Shown here piece by piece: positions 22,371-32,323 of a stretch of DNA of 64,000 nt. Every line of letters begins with the position of its first letter. Positions within the stretch are counted from its first letter, which is position 1. Location of the stretch: positions 1,824,001 to 1,888,000 of the forward strand of contig CBDCYI010000005.1 of NCBI GenBank assembly GCA_965224085.1, given 5' to 3'. This stretch comes from Candidatus Marinacidobacterales bacterium. Its GTDB lineage: Bacteria > Acidobacteriota > Vicinamibacteria > Marinacidobacterales > SMYC01. The notes under the pieces were generated by a model. The model was not told the DNA's origin, ran no database searches, and saw only the letters and a program-made list of their open reading frames with translations. The translations under genes and the position numbers were made by a program.

Positions 22371-24212
22371 CTACTCGACCGTGACCGACTTCGCGAGGTT
22401 TCTCGGCTGGTCCACGTCGCAGCCGCGACGTACGGCGATGTGATACGCGAGCAATTGGAGCGGCACGACGCTCACCATCGGCGAGATCGTGTCCGGATGC
22501 TGTGGGATTCGAATGACGTGGTCCCTATCGTCGTCCAGTACGGGGAGTAAGCGATCGTCGCCCTCGGTAATGAGCGCGATGATGCGGGCTCCGCGCGCTT
22601 TAGCCTCCTGGATGTTGCTCGCGATCTTGTCGTAGAGAGGGTTGTCGAGCGCGAGCGCGACGAGCGGCATACGGTCGTCGATGAGTGCTATCGGACCGTG
22701 CTTCATCTCGCCCGCCGGGTAGCCTTCGGCGTGGATATAAGAAAGCTCTTTGAGCTTGAGCGCACCTTCGAGTGCGATCGGGTAGAGATGGCCACGGCCG
22801 AGAAAGAGGAAGTTCCCTACGAGATAGAACTCGCGCGCAACATTCATGAGATCATCCGTGAGCTCGAGCGCCTGCTCCATGATGTGCGGTGTACGCGCGA
22901 GGTCCGCCAGGCGCTCGCGCGCCGCGTCGCGGTCCAGCCGTCCGAGCCGTTGCGCGAGGTGGATTGCGAGGAGATAGAGCGAGACGACCTGGGACGTGAA
23001 CGTCTTCGTCGCCGCCACGCCGATCTCCGGACCGGCATGGGTATAGAGCGTATCGTCGCAAAGCCGTGTAGCCATCGAGCCCATGGCGTTGCAGATGGCG
23101 AGGGTCTTAGCACCCGACTCCTTCGCGGTCTTGAGCGCCGCTAGAGTATCGGCGGTTTCGCCGGACTGCGTGATCCCAATTACGAGCTGATCCTCTCCGA
23201 GGATCGGGTCGCGGTAGCGAAACTCCGATGCAACGTCTACGTCGACTGGGATGCGGGCGAGCCCCTCGATATAGAATTTTCCCACCTGTGCTGCGAGCCA
23301 GCTCGTGCCGCAGGCCGCGATCGAGATGCGGCTCAACTTCGTGACGAAAGTGTCTTCGAGCTCGACTTCACTCAAGTGGACGAGCCCGGAATCGAGCGAG
23401 TAGCGGCCCAAAAGCGTGTCGCGGACGGCGCGGGGCTGCTCGAAAATCTCTTTGAGCATGAAGTGCGTGTAGCCTTGCTTTTCGACTTGAACCGGATCCC
23501 AATTAATCCGCTGAGGCTCTCGCTTCTGCTCGCGTCCGTTCTTGTCGACGACGGTGACCTCGCCCCGGTTCAATATCGCGACATCGCCATCGTCGAGAAA
23601 CACGGCCGAGCGCGTGTGGCTCAAAAAGGCCGGGACATCCGAGGCGATGAAAGACTCGTCTTCCCCGATGCCGAGCACGAGCGGCGGGCCGTAGCGCGCG
23701 CCGACAAGTACGTCCGGCTGTTCTGCCGTCAACGCAACGAAGGCGAAAACACCATCGAGCTCTTCGAGCGAGAGCTGTACCGCTTGGGCGAGATCGCCAT
23801 CGAAATGCTTTTCTATTGTGTGTGAGATGATCTCGGTGTCGGTCTCGGTCACGAATCTGTGACCTTGTTCCACGAGCTCTTGCTTGAGGGCGAGATAGTT
23901 CTCGATGATGCCGTTATGCACGACGACGATCGATCCCGTGCAATCGCGGTGCGGGTGCGCGTTCTCCTCGTTCGGCCGGCCATGCGTCGCCCAGCGCGTG
24001 TGACCGAGGCCGTAGGATCCATTCAATTTGCTATGGTCGAGCTGCCGCGCGAGGTTGTCGAGCTTCCCCTCGGAGCGAAGCACCTCGAGCCCTCGGGACC
24101 CCACGACCGCGATTCCTGCGGAGTCGTAGCCGCGATACTCCAAAGAGCGGAGACCTGCGAGTAGCATTTCGCTCGCGGGCCGCTCGCCCATATAACCGAT
24201 AATGCCGCACAT
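22371..24212 (-). CDS. glmS: Glutamine-fructose-6-phosphate aminotransferase
   Basis: [45 protein letters not shown]. Confidence 0.98.
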   Translation of the reverse strand: MCGIIGYMGERPASEMLLAGLRSLEYRGYDSAGIAVVGSRGLEVLRSEGKLDNLARQLDHSKLNGSYGLGHTRWATHGRPNEENAHPHRDCTGSIVVVHNGIIENYLALKQELVEQGHRFVTETDTEIISHTIEKHFDGDLAQAVQLSLEELDGVFAFVALTAEQPDVLVGARYGPPLVLGIGEDESFIASDVPAFLSHTRSAVFLDDGDVAILNRGEVTVVDKNGREQKREPQRINWDPVQVEKQGYTHFMLKEIFEQPRAVRDTLLGRYSLDSGLVHLSEVELEDTFVTKLSRISIAACGTSWLAAQVGKFYIEGLARIPVDVDVASEFRYRDPILGEDQLVIGITQSGETADTLAALKTAKESGAKTLAICNAMGSMATRLCDDTLYTHAGPEIGVAATKTFTSQVVSLYLLAIHLAQRLGRLDRDAARERLADLARTPHIMEQALELTDDLMNVAREFYLVGNFLFLGRGHLYPIALEGALKLKELSYIHAEGYPAGEMKHGPIALIDDRMPLVALALDNPLYDKIASNIQEAKARGARIIALITEGDDRLLPVLDDDRDHVIRIPQHPDTISPMVSVVPLQLLAYHIAVRRGCDVDQPRNLAKSVTVE

Positions 24213-24215
24213 TGC

Positions 24216-25367
24216 TCAGCGTTCCCTTCGTTCCTTTCGTCCTGAGCTTTTTGGTCGGGCCCAGCCTTTTTTGTTGACTTGCCGGCTTCTCGCGAGCGCG
24301 AGCGCGTACGCGGGAACGTCCTTCACGACGCAGGAGCCGGCGGCGACGAAAGCGCCTTTTCCGACGCGCACGGGTGCGACGAGCTGCACGTCGCTTCCCA
24401 CGAAAGCGCCGTCGCCAATAACGGTACGGCTCTTCACCTTGCCGTCGTAGTTGCACGTGATCGTTCCCGCGCCGAGATTGGCGCCGCGTCCGACAGTCGC
24501 GTCCCCGACATAGCTCAAGTGGGACGCTTTGGCGCCGGCTGCGATCCGAGAGTTCTTGAGTTCGACGAAGTTTCCGATACGCGCCGCATCGCCGACGTCC
24601 GACGCCGGACGGATATGCGCGAAGGGGCCGATGGAAGCGTCCTTGCCGATACGGCTTTCGCGGACGAAGCAGTGATCGAGAATCTTCGTTCCCGCTCCAA
24701 TCGATGCGTCGATGAGGTGGCTGAAACTTCCAATGATACAACCCTTCGCGATGCGAGAGTCGCCCTCAATGATCACCCATGGCGAAAGCACTGTGCCCGC
24801 GCCGACGGAGATCTCGGGGTCGACATAGACGCTCGACGGATCCGGGACGAGGACGCCGCGCCGCATGAGGCTCTCGACTTTGCGCCGGCGCAGAACAATG
24901 TGGGCTTGGCTCCAAGCCTCTGCATTCTCGACGCGTAGCAAATCGTCGTCGGTCGCGGGGAAGACAGGAGCAGGTCGAAGGAGCTTCGCGAGCTCGTGAA
25001 GCGTCCGCGCGCGAACGCCCTTCATCGCCTGCGCTTCGGCTGCGAGAACCACAGGAAGACCGCCACCGCTTGCGAAAAGAGCGGCGGGAGCGCTGGCACT
25101 CGCTTTGCTCGCTTTCAGAAGCCGCTTCAGCGCGCTCGCTTCGAAGCAAGGGAGCTCGGCGGGAAGGCAAACAATCGTGTCGCGCATCGCTGCGAGCTCG
25201 CGTGTCGTCGCCGTGTCGACGCCGTCCGGAGCGCTCTTCCCGATCCATAGGACACGGCGCGGCTTGAGAGCTCGGGCCGCGAGCAGCGTGCGCTCCCAAA
25301 CGGCCGTCCCGAGTAACGGCGTGAAAGCGAATCGACTCTTGCCTGGCCAGAGCGCGATGATTGTCAT
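24216..25367 (-). CDS. glmU: GlmU-like protein: intact acetyltransferase LbH domain, degenerate N-terminal uridyltransferase domain
   Basis: C-terminal IGPFAHIRP, IGNFVELKN, HLSYVGDA, GAGTITCNYDG; no LAAGxGTRM..PK motif; likely start ATG 25367. Confidence 0.85.
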   Translation of the reverse strand: MTIIALWPGKSRFAFTPLLGTAVWERTLLAARALKPRRVLWIGKSAPDGVDTATTRELAAMRDTIVCLPAELPCFEASALKRLLKASKASASAPAALFASGGGLPVVLAAEAQAMKGVRARTLHELAKLLRPAPVFPATDDDLLRVENAEAWSQAHIVLRRRKVESLMRRGVLVPDPSSVYVDPEISVGAGTVLSPWVIIEGDSRIAKGCIIGSFSHLIDASIGAGTKILDHCFVRESRIGKDASIGPFAHIRPASDVGDAARIGNFVELKNSRIAAGAKASHLSYVGDATVGRGANLGAGTITCNYDGKVKSRTVIGDGAFVGSDVQLVAPVRVGKGAFVAAGSCVVKDVPAYALALARSRQVNKKGWARPKSSGRKERRER

Positions 25368-25371
25368 GGCG

Positions 25372-26391
25372 TCAAGGGGTAGTGTTAGTGTGCGCCATTC
25401 CCGCATGCGCGCGATGAAATATGGACTGAAGCGCGCCCGCGGTCTTCACGCCGTCGTGCCGCACGACGGGTCCAGGCTGGAGCAAGTCTTCGCTGACGAT
25501 CGGGCAAGGAAGCCTGTCGCCTCTCGAATGACGAACCGGCTCCGCGCCGTCTTCACGATAGTGCGCAAGTACCTTGGCGGGAACAGGAGCCGAATTTCTA
25601 AGCACGTGCGAAATCTCGAGCCCGGGCGCGTGCTCTAAAAGGGCATCGATGTGGTCGGCGACCGTGTAGCCGGTCGTCTCGCCCGGCTGGGTCATGACAT
25701 TCGCGAGATAGACGACGTCGGCGCCGGAGCTCGCGATGGCCTCGACCACGCCGGGAACGAGCAAATTTGGTACGAGGCTCGTATAGAGCGAACCAGGTCC
25801 TATCAATACGAGGTCTGCTTGGGAAAGTGCGTTGAGGGCGCCTCGCGGTGGCCGGCAGTCCGCTGGCTGGAGATGGACGCGTCGCACCCGCTGTGGCGAG
25901 CCCGTGATATTTGTCTCGCCCCGCACCAACGAGCCGTCGTCGAGCTCTGCGCGAAGCGAGACACGCTGGTTCGTCGAAGGAAAAATGCGACCACGTATGG
26001 CCAGGACTTGGCTCGCCGCCCGCACGGCTTCGCTGAAGTCGCCGGTCACGCCGGTAAGAGCGGTCAGGAAAAGATTCCCGAAGTTGTGCCCCGCTAAGTC
26101 TCCCGAGCCTTCGAATCGATACTGAAAAAGGGAAGACAAGAGAGACTCGTCGGCGGAGAGAGACACGAGGCAGTTGCGAATGTCGCCGGGCGGCAACATC
26201 TGAAACTCGTCGCGTAGACGTCCAGAGCTGCCGCCGTCATCCGTGACCGTGACGAGCGCGGAGAGGTCGGCGAAATAGACGTCGTCCTTGGAAGGTTCCG
26301 GCGGAGGGTCCATGAACTGCTTGAGCCCGGCGAGAAGCGCGGACAGACCGGTGCCTCCGCCAATGGCGAAGACCCTAAGGCCGTAAATCAC
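25372..26391 (-). CDS. yvcK: YvcK/GlmR family UDP-GlcNAc-binding protein
   Basis: AIGGGTGLS, VTVTDDGGSSGRLR, PPGDIRNC, GHNFGNL, IGPGSLYTS, NVMTQPGET, VRHD; likely GTG start 26391. Confidence 0.92.
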   Translation of the reverse strand: MIYGLRVFAIGGGTGLSALLAGLKQFMDPPPEPSKDDVYFADLSALVTVTDDGGSSGRLRDEFQMLPPGDIRNCLVSLSADESLLSSLFQYRFEGSGDLAGHNFGNLFLTALTGVTGDFSEAVRAASQVLAIRGRIFPSTNQRVSLRAELDDGSLVRGETNITGSPQRVRRVHLQPADCRPPRGALNALSQADLVLIGPGSLYTSLVPNLLVPGVVEAIASSGADVVYLANVMTQPGETTGYTVADHIDALLEHAPGLEISHVLRNSAPVPAKVLAHYREDGAEPVRHSRGDRLPCPIVSEDLLQPGPVVRHDGVKTAGALQSIFHRAHAGMAHTNTTP

Positions 26392-26404
26392 GAGACCGCG
26401 GCTT

Positions 26405-26964
26405 CTACGTGTCGGCGAGTAGCGCTGCCACCTCGGCCTCGCGGCGAACGCTATTGAAGTCCTCGTCGCCTCTCGCGTGGAATAGCGAGGTCGGGTCGCT
26501 GTTGATGGCTTGTTGGAGATATTTCGCGCTTGCCGGAGCGTCGCCCGCCAGCGCGTGCGCCGCCGCCAGGCAGTATTGAACATGAGAGCTCTTGGGCTCG
26601 AGCTCGATGGCCTTCGACAATTGTTTGATGGCTTGTGCGGCATCGCCTTCATTGAGATATCGCCTTCATTGAGATACATGACGCCGAAATTGACCATTTC
26701 CTCGGCCGACTTGGGACGGCGCTGCGGCGTGAGCTGCCGCACGCAAATCTTGAGATAGGAGTCGACTCGTTCGAGCAGCTCCTTTTCCTCGGGGTAGGTG
26801 GCGGTCAAGCGCTCGAGCTGTTCTTTCGCGCGTTGCGCATCTCCCTTGTAGAGTGCTTTGACGGCTTTCTCTAGCCCGTCAACGGCCTTGTTGTACTTCT
26901 CGTTTGAACCGCCCCCCTTCTTCTTGCTCTTTGCGGCCTTGGAGCGCGTCGTTTTCTTCGCCAA
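26405..26964 (-). pseudogene. Small TPR protein frameshifted by a 17-bp tandem duplication
   Basis: TPR helices in two frames; removing one ATCGCCTTCATTGAGAT copy (26642-26675) restores a 181-codon frame. Confidence 0.75.
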
Positions 26965-27068
26965 TGCAACCTCCTTTGAAACTCTAGCGATAGCGTCCGA
27001 CCGGGCACCGGGAATCGAGACGCGGCCGTCGCTGGGACACTCGTTGGTTGGAATACCAAATTATAGAA

Positions 27069-27518
27069 TCAGTTAGGGTCCCGGATCAACTTGAGCCGCT
27101 CGCGTGTGTCCTCCTCGAGGAGCGCATCGGGTGGTACACCCCGATCGCGCGCTCTTTCAAGGAGTTCCGTCGTCTTCATGCCAATGGCCCGGATGGCTTC
27201 GGGGCTTCGTCGCTCGCCTTCGAGAAGGAAGCGAACACCCTGGATACGGGCGCCCGCGTCGACGAGAAAATCGAGCGCATAGGTGATGCCTCTCGCCGTC
27301 AACGCGACGCCGGCCTCCGCCCCGGTCAAAATATTGTTGGCGGAGCCAGCGACGACGCTAGCCATCAGTCGCTTCGCCGTGTCGGTGTCGACGACGACGC
27401 CGATGGCGCATGGTGCGAAGAGCTCGAAGTCAACGTCGTAGATAGCGTCGGGAGGCACTTCACGAAAAGACGTCGTCTCTCGGAGAGCTTCGAGCGGAAG
27501 GATTTCTTCAACGTCCAT
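27069..27518 (-). CDS. Leu/Phe/Val dehydrogenase C-terminal domain only
   Basis: IYDVDFELFAPCAIG, VVAGSANNIL, GITYALDFLVDAG; no N-terminal catalytic domain. Confidence 0.6.
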   Translation of the reverse strand: MDVEEILPLEALRETTSFREVPPDAIYDVDFELFAPCAIGVVVDTDTAKRLMASVVAGSANNILTGAEAGVALTARGITYALDFLVDAGARIQGVRFLLEGERRSPEAIRAIGMKTTELLERARDRGVPPDALLEEDTRERLKLIRDPN

Positions 27519-28341
27519 GGGTCGCGAGCTCATTGTAGACGTCGCGCGTCGAGAGGCCATGCTCTTTGGCGAGCTTCTTGGCGGCATCGCGTGCCGACAA
27601 ACCGTCCGAGCGCAGCTCGGCGAAGCGGGGCGAGAGGCTAGCGATCGTAACGGGCGTTTTGTCACCGCCACGCTCACCGCTCACAACGATCGTGAGCTCT
27701 CCCTTGAAGCGACGTCCCAGCGCCCACGCGGCGAGCTCATGGAGCGTGTCGGCCTGGTGCTCTTCGTGAAGCTTCGTCATCTCGCGGAGGACACAGGCCG
27801 AGCGCGGCCCGAGCAGCGCTTCGAGATCCGTCAGCAACTGGGTGACGCGGCCCGGGGCTTCATAAAGCACGAGGGTGCCTGGAGCGTCTCGTAGCGCCTC
27901 GAGCACCTTTCGTCGCGCGCCGCCCTTGCGCGGAACAAAGCCGACAAAGGTGAAGCTCGATGTGGGAAGCCCTGCGACCGAGAGAGCTGCGAGAAGAGCG
28001 CTTGCGCCCGGCACCGGGCGCACCGTGATGCCCGCCTCCCGCGCGGCCGAAACGAGCCGGTAACCGGGGTCCGAGACGAGCGGTGTCCCCGCGTCGGAGA
28101 CGAGTGCTACGTTCTCCCCGGCCGCGAGGCGCTCGACGAGCTTCGGCGCACGCACGGCCTCATTATGCTCGTGATAGGAGAGCGTCTTGGTGGCGATGTC
28201 GAAGTGACGGAGGAGCCTCCGGGTCACCCGCGTGTCCTCGCAGGCGATGAGATCCACAGACTGAAGCACCTCCTTCGCCCGGTACGTCATGTCGCCTAGG
28301 TTCCCGATCGGCGTCGATACGACAAAGAGGGTACCCGTCAC
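27508..28341 (-). CDS. rsmI: 16S rRNA C1402 2'-O-methyltransferase
   Basis: LFVVSTPIGNLGD, ACEDTR, VSDAGTPLVSDPG, REMTKLHEE. Confidence 0.95.
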   Translation of the reverse strand: MTGTLFVVSTPIGNLGDMTYRAKEVLQSVDLIACEDTRVTRRLLRHFDIATKTLSYHEHNEAVRAPKLVERLAAGENVALVSDAGTPLVSDPGYRLVSAAREAGITVRPVPGASALLAALSVAGLPTSSFTFVGFVPRKGGARRKVLEALRDAPGTLVLYEAPGRVTQLLTDLEALLGPRSACVLREMTKLHEEHQADTLHELAAWALGRRFKGELTIVVSGERGGDKTPVTIASLSPRFAELRSDGLSARDAAKKLAKEHGLSTRDVYNELATHGR

Positions 28342-28431
28342 GGCGCACGATCGTATCAACTTTGCGCGCGATTGCACGCCTCAGGTGCCTGTGGTACGTT
28401 TTTTGGTCGCGCTATAGTTCAAAGGTATCCA

Positions 28432-29238
28432 GTGTCCCAAAGAGAGAACAGCCAAGAAAACCCCATCGAGCTTTCGGTGGTTTTCCCTGCCTACAACGAT
28501 GCCGGCACTATCCCGAGCATGGTCATCGGGGCACGTCTCGCCGCGCGGAAGCTCGCCGATAGTTACGAGATCGTCGTCGTCAACGATGGAAGCACCGACC
28601 ACACGGCCGAGGTGCTGTGCGAGCTCGAATCCGTGTTTCCCGAGCTTCGCGTCATCCACCACCCGGCCAACCGCGGCTATGGCGGCGCTCTGCGAACGGG
28701 GTTTCAGGCGGCGAAGAAAGACCTCATTTTTTACACCGATGGCGACGCGCAATACGATCCGCGCGAGATGTCGCGGCTGTTCGAGGCGTGGCATTCAGGG
28801 AGCGATTTCGTCAACGGTAGAAAGGCTGGGCGCGCGGATCCGCTGCACCGCGTCATCATTGGACGTCTCTATCACTGGAGCGTGCGCGTCGCTTTCGGGC
28901 TAAAGCTCAGCGATGTCGATTGCGATTTTCGTTTGTTCCGCCGCGCCATCTTCGAAAAAGTCGAACTCACAAAAGACAGCGGGGTCATTTGCGTCGAGCT
29001 CATGAAGAAGGTTCAAGATCACGGCTTTCGCGTCCAGGAAGTGCCGGTGCACCATTTCCACCGGGTCTATGGCAAGAGTCAGTTCTTCAACTTCCCACGC
29101 GTCGCGAAAACGCTTTTGGATCTCACGAAGCTGTGGCTCGATCTCGTCGTGCGGAAGACGCATCTCCGGACAGCCGAGCCGACTGCCGAAGCTTCGCGCT
29201 CCTCGTCCACGCGCGACCCCGAGCGCGTCGCGCGCTGA
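28432..29238 (+). CDS. Family 2 glycosyltransferase (polyprenol-phosphate type)
   Basis: LSVVFPAYND, VVNDGSTD, NRGYGGALRTGF, YTDGDAQY, DVDCDFRL. Confidence 0.9.
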   Translation: MSQRENSQENPIELSVVFPAYNDAGTIPSMVIGARLAARKLADSYEIVVVNDGSTDHTAEVLCELESVFPELRVIHHPANRGYGGALRTGFQAAKKDLIFYTDGDAQYDPREMSRLFEAWHSGSDFVNGRKAGRADPLHRVIIGRLYHWSVRVAFGLKLSDVDCDFRLFRRAIFEKVELTKDSGVICVELMKKVQDHGFRVQEVPVHHFHRVYGKSQFFNFPRVAKTLLDLTKLWLDLVVRKTHLRTAEPTAEASRSSSTRDPERVAR

Positions 29239-29271
29239 GCCGCGGTCTTTCGAAACCGCTGAAGTAAACTG

Positions 29272-30288
29272 ATGGACGACAAACGCCGCGAGCTCTATCA
29301 AAAGACCTTCGAGAATAAGAAAGTTCTGATCACGGGCGGCCTCGGCTTCATCGGCAGCAATCTAGCCCGCGCGCTCGTCCCCCTCGGCGCTAAAGTTCTA
29401 CTCGTCGACTCGCTCATTCCTGACTATGGAGGCAACCTGTTCAACGTCGACGGGATCGAAAAGAGCGTGCAAGTCAATATCGCCGACGTCCGCGACAAGA
29501 ACGGTATGCAATATCTTGTCCGCGGCCAGAATTTTCTATTCAACCTCGCCGGCCAGGTCAGCCACGTCGACAGCATGACCGACCCGCTGACCGATCTTGA
29601 GATCAACTGCCGAAGCCAGCTCTCCATCCTCGAGGCCTGCCGGCATGCGAACCCAGAGGTCCGTATCATCTATGCCAGCACGCGGCAAATCTATGGGAAG
29701 CCGGTCGAGCTCCCCGCGAGTGAAGACCATCCCATACGCCCCACCGACGTGAACGGCATCAACAAAGCGAGCGGCGAGAGGTATCACCAGATTTATTGCG
29801 AAGTGTATGGGCTTCGCACGACGTCGCTGCGGCTCACCAACACTTACGGGCCGCGCCAGTTGATGAAACACAACCGGCAAGGCTTTGCGGGATGGTTCGT
29901 ACGGCGCGTCGTGCTGGAGGAGGAGATCCTGCTCTTCGGCGACGGCGAGCAGAAACGTGACTTCAACTACGTGGACGATGTCGTCGACGCCTTTCTTTTG
30001 AGTGCTGCTTCCGAAAAAGCCTTGGGCGAGACGTTCAACCTCGGCGCCAACCCGCCTATCTCTCTGCGCACCTACGTCGAGCTCCTGTACAAAGTATCGG
30101 GGAAAGAGGCGACCTACCAGCTCGTGCCCTTCCCTGAGGAGCGCCTCCGCATCGATATCGGGGATTTCTACACGGATTATTCGAAGATAGAGCGGCAGTT
30201 GGGCTGGCGACCCGAGACCACTTTGAGCGACGGGTTGAGGAAGACGGTCGATTATTACCGCGAGAACATCGAGCATTATCTGAAGTGA
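29272..30288 (+). CDS. NAD-dependent epimerase/dehydratase
   Basis: ITGGLGFIGSNL, LRLTNTYGP, RDFNYVDD. Confidence 0.92.
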   Translation: MDDKRRELYQKTFENKKVLITGGLGFIGSNLARALVPLGAKVLLVDSLIPDYGGNLFNVDGIEKSVQVNIADVRDKNGMQYLVRGQNFLFNLAGQVSHVDSMTDPLTDLEINCRSQLSILEACRHANPEVRIIYASTRQIYGKPVELPASEDHPIRPTDVNGINKASGERYHQIYCEVYGLRTTSLRLTNTYGPRQLMKHNRQGFAGWFVRRVVLEEEILLFGDGEQKRDFNYVDDVVDAFLLSAASEKALGETFNLGANPPISLRTYVELLYKVSGKEATYQLVPFPEERLRIDIGDFYTDYSKIERQLGWRPETTLSDGLRKTVDYYRENIEHYLK

Positions 30289-31385
30289 GTGGCCGCACCG
30301 TTCGGTTCAACGACCTCCGAATCTGTGATACCGATCTCGCGCGCGAAGTTCGAACGGCGATCGAGCGCGTCGTGAGCTCAGGGTGGTACGTGTTGGGTCC
30401 GGAGGTCCAGGCGTTCGAGAAGGAATATGCGCGCGCGGCCGGGGCGCGCTGCGGCGTAAGCGTCGCTTCGGGAACGGATGCCATTAGCCTCTCTTTGATG
30501 GCGCTTGGCGTGGGCGCGGGCGACGAGGTCGTGACGTCTCCGTTGACGGCGATTTTCACCGCGCTCGCGATTAGCCGGCTCGGTGCTCGCCCTGTTTTCG
30601 CCGATGTAGACCCGGAAACCCTCACCCTCTCGCCCGCATCTGTGGAAGAGCGTATCACCGGCAGGACCAAGGCCATCGTTCCGGTCCATCTTTACGGGAA
30701 CGCGTGCTCAATGGACCCGCTGCTCGAGCTCGCCGAGACGCGAGGGCTCGTCGTCGTCGAAGACGCGTGTCAAGCGCATGGTGCGCGTTATCATGACCGC
30801 CCTCTCGGAGCTCTCGGCCGCGTGGGTGCCTTTAGCTTCTACCCCACCAAGAATCTCGGTGCACTCGGCGATGGCGGCTTCATCACGACGGACGATGATG
30901 AGCTTGCTACGACGCTCGCGCGTTTGAGAAATGGCGGTCAGCAGAGTCGCTATATCCACACGGAGGTGGGGATCAATAGTCGTCTCGACGAGATACAGGC
31001 GGCGGTCCTTCGCGCCAAGCTTCCGCATCTCGAGACATGGAATCGGCGCCGCCGCGAGCTCGCCGCCCGCTACGAAGAGGGGCTCGAGGGAACGGAGCTT
31101 CGCGCGACCGGCGTTCTCGATGGTGTGTTGTCGGCACGGCATCTATTCGTCGTGCGTACCCCCTCGCGGGACGCTTGGATGGAACGGCTCGCCTCGCGAG
31201 GCGTCCAAACGCTCGTGCACTACCCGGTGCCAGCACATCTCCAGCCGGCTTATCGCGAGTTGGGGCAGGGGGAGGGAAGCTGTCCGGTCGCGGAGGAAGC
31301 GGCGAGCTCGACTTTGTCTCTACCACTCTACCCATCGATGTCCGATGATGACGTCGACTACGTCCTCGAAAGCGTGCGCTCATGA
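30285..31385 (+). CDS. DegT/DnrJ/EryC1/StrS sugar aminotransferase
   Basis: PVHLYG, EDACQAHGA, FSFYPTKNLGALGDGG, NSRLDEIQAA. Confidence 0.93.
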   Translation: MSGRTVRFNDLRICDTDLAREVRTAIERVVSSGWYVLGPEVQAFEKEYARAAGARCGVSVASGTDAISLSLMALGVGAGDEVVTSPLTAIFTALAISRLGARPVFADVDPETLTLSPASVEERITGRTKAIVPVHLYGNACSMDPLLELAETRGLVVVEDACQAHGARYHDRPLGALGRVGAFSFYPTKNLGALGDGGFITTDDDELATTLARLRNGGQQSRYIHTEVGINSRLDEIQAAVLRAKLPHLETWNRRRRELAARYEEGLEGTELRATGVLDGVLSARHLFVVRTPSRDAWMERLASRGVQTLVHYPVPAHLQPAYRELGQGEGSCPVAEEAASSTLSLPLYPSMSDDDVDYVLESVRS

Positions 31386-31789
31386 AACACTCTCGTCGTG
31401 CTGCGCGCCCACGAGCGGCGCGGATTTCGAGCCTCTCAGCTCGTGCTCACCGGACCAAGGACGAAGGAAGAGCAAAGTATCGCGCGACGGGAGTCCGCGA
31501 CGCTCTGCCCTTCCTCATGCGCGTCGGATGACGACCCAAGAGAGAACGATCGGTCCCAACCTTGCTCGAATGCGTTCTTCTCGGGCCGCCATCACGGCGC
31601 ACCATCCATCCCCGCATCTGAACTCATTGCAACGGCGATGCCAGGCGCGCGCGCACACGAAAACACTGCAACCTCTTCCATGAGAAACGTTTAGGCCGGG
31701 AGCTCGAATCGTTGGGACTGTAGTCCCGACGGTCACATACGAGGCGAGCGAGCGCAATGTAGCGAAGCCCGCTACAGATCGGTGGACTC

Positions 31790-32280
31790 GCGCTCTTTTC
31801 TCGACCGCAGATTCTTGTGGATCAGCGTGCGGTGCATGCAAACTCCTTCGCCGCCCGGCTGATATTGCCATCCGTCTGCGCGAGTGCATAGTCGACGAAA
31901 CGGTCCTCGAGCTCTTGAGCATAGATCCCCGACAGCTCCTGAAGCTCATTCCGTCGCCTTTTGAGCTGCGAGTAGTCCTGTGGAACCTCAGCCATGATTC
32001 GGCGCAGAGGGTCTTTTGCGATCTTGAGGACTTTCTTCCGTGCTCCACTGAGCTCGGGCGGCAGGTTGTCGAGGGTAATGGGTCGCCCTCGATTCTCCAC
32101 GACGAGCCGGTGCATCACGTTCTCTAGCTGCCGGATGTTGCCCCGCCATTCGAAATTTTGGAGGCAGTCATAGACTTCGGTCGATCGGAACGACCCACAG
32201 CCGGTAATAGAGATCCTCTCGGAACTCGCCTTGCTGCACCATCTCCCGCAAATCCCGATTCGTCGCCGCGACGAAGCGGT
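31790..32280 (-). pseudogene. Fragments of a sigma-54 activator (AAA+ end and Fis HTH)
   Basis: [38 protein letters not shown] and TDGNISRAA in different frames with an internal deletion. Confidence 0.8.
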
Positions 32281-32323
32281 TGCATGGGCTCCTCTTTCCC
32301 TTCCTCGGCTCTCTCCCTCGGTC

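Noticed and set aside
24213-24215. glmS ribozyme
   Set aside because: glmS starts 3 nt after the glmU stop, leaving no 5' UTR.
25372-26964. Genuine 530-aa TPR-YvcK fusion protein
   Set aside because: It is explained by the 17-bp duplication; the linker is out-of-frame TPR sequence.
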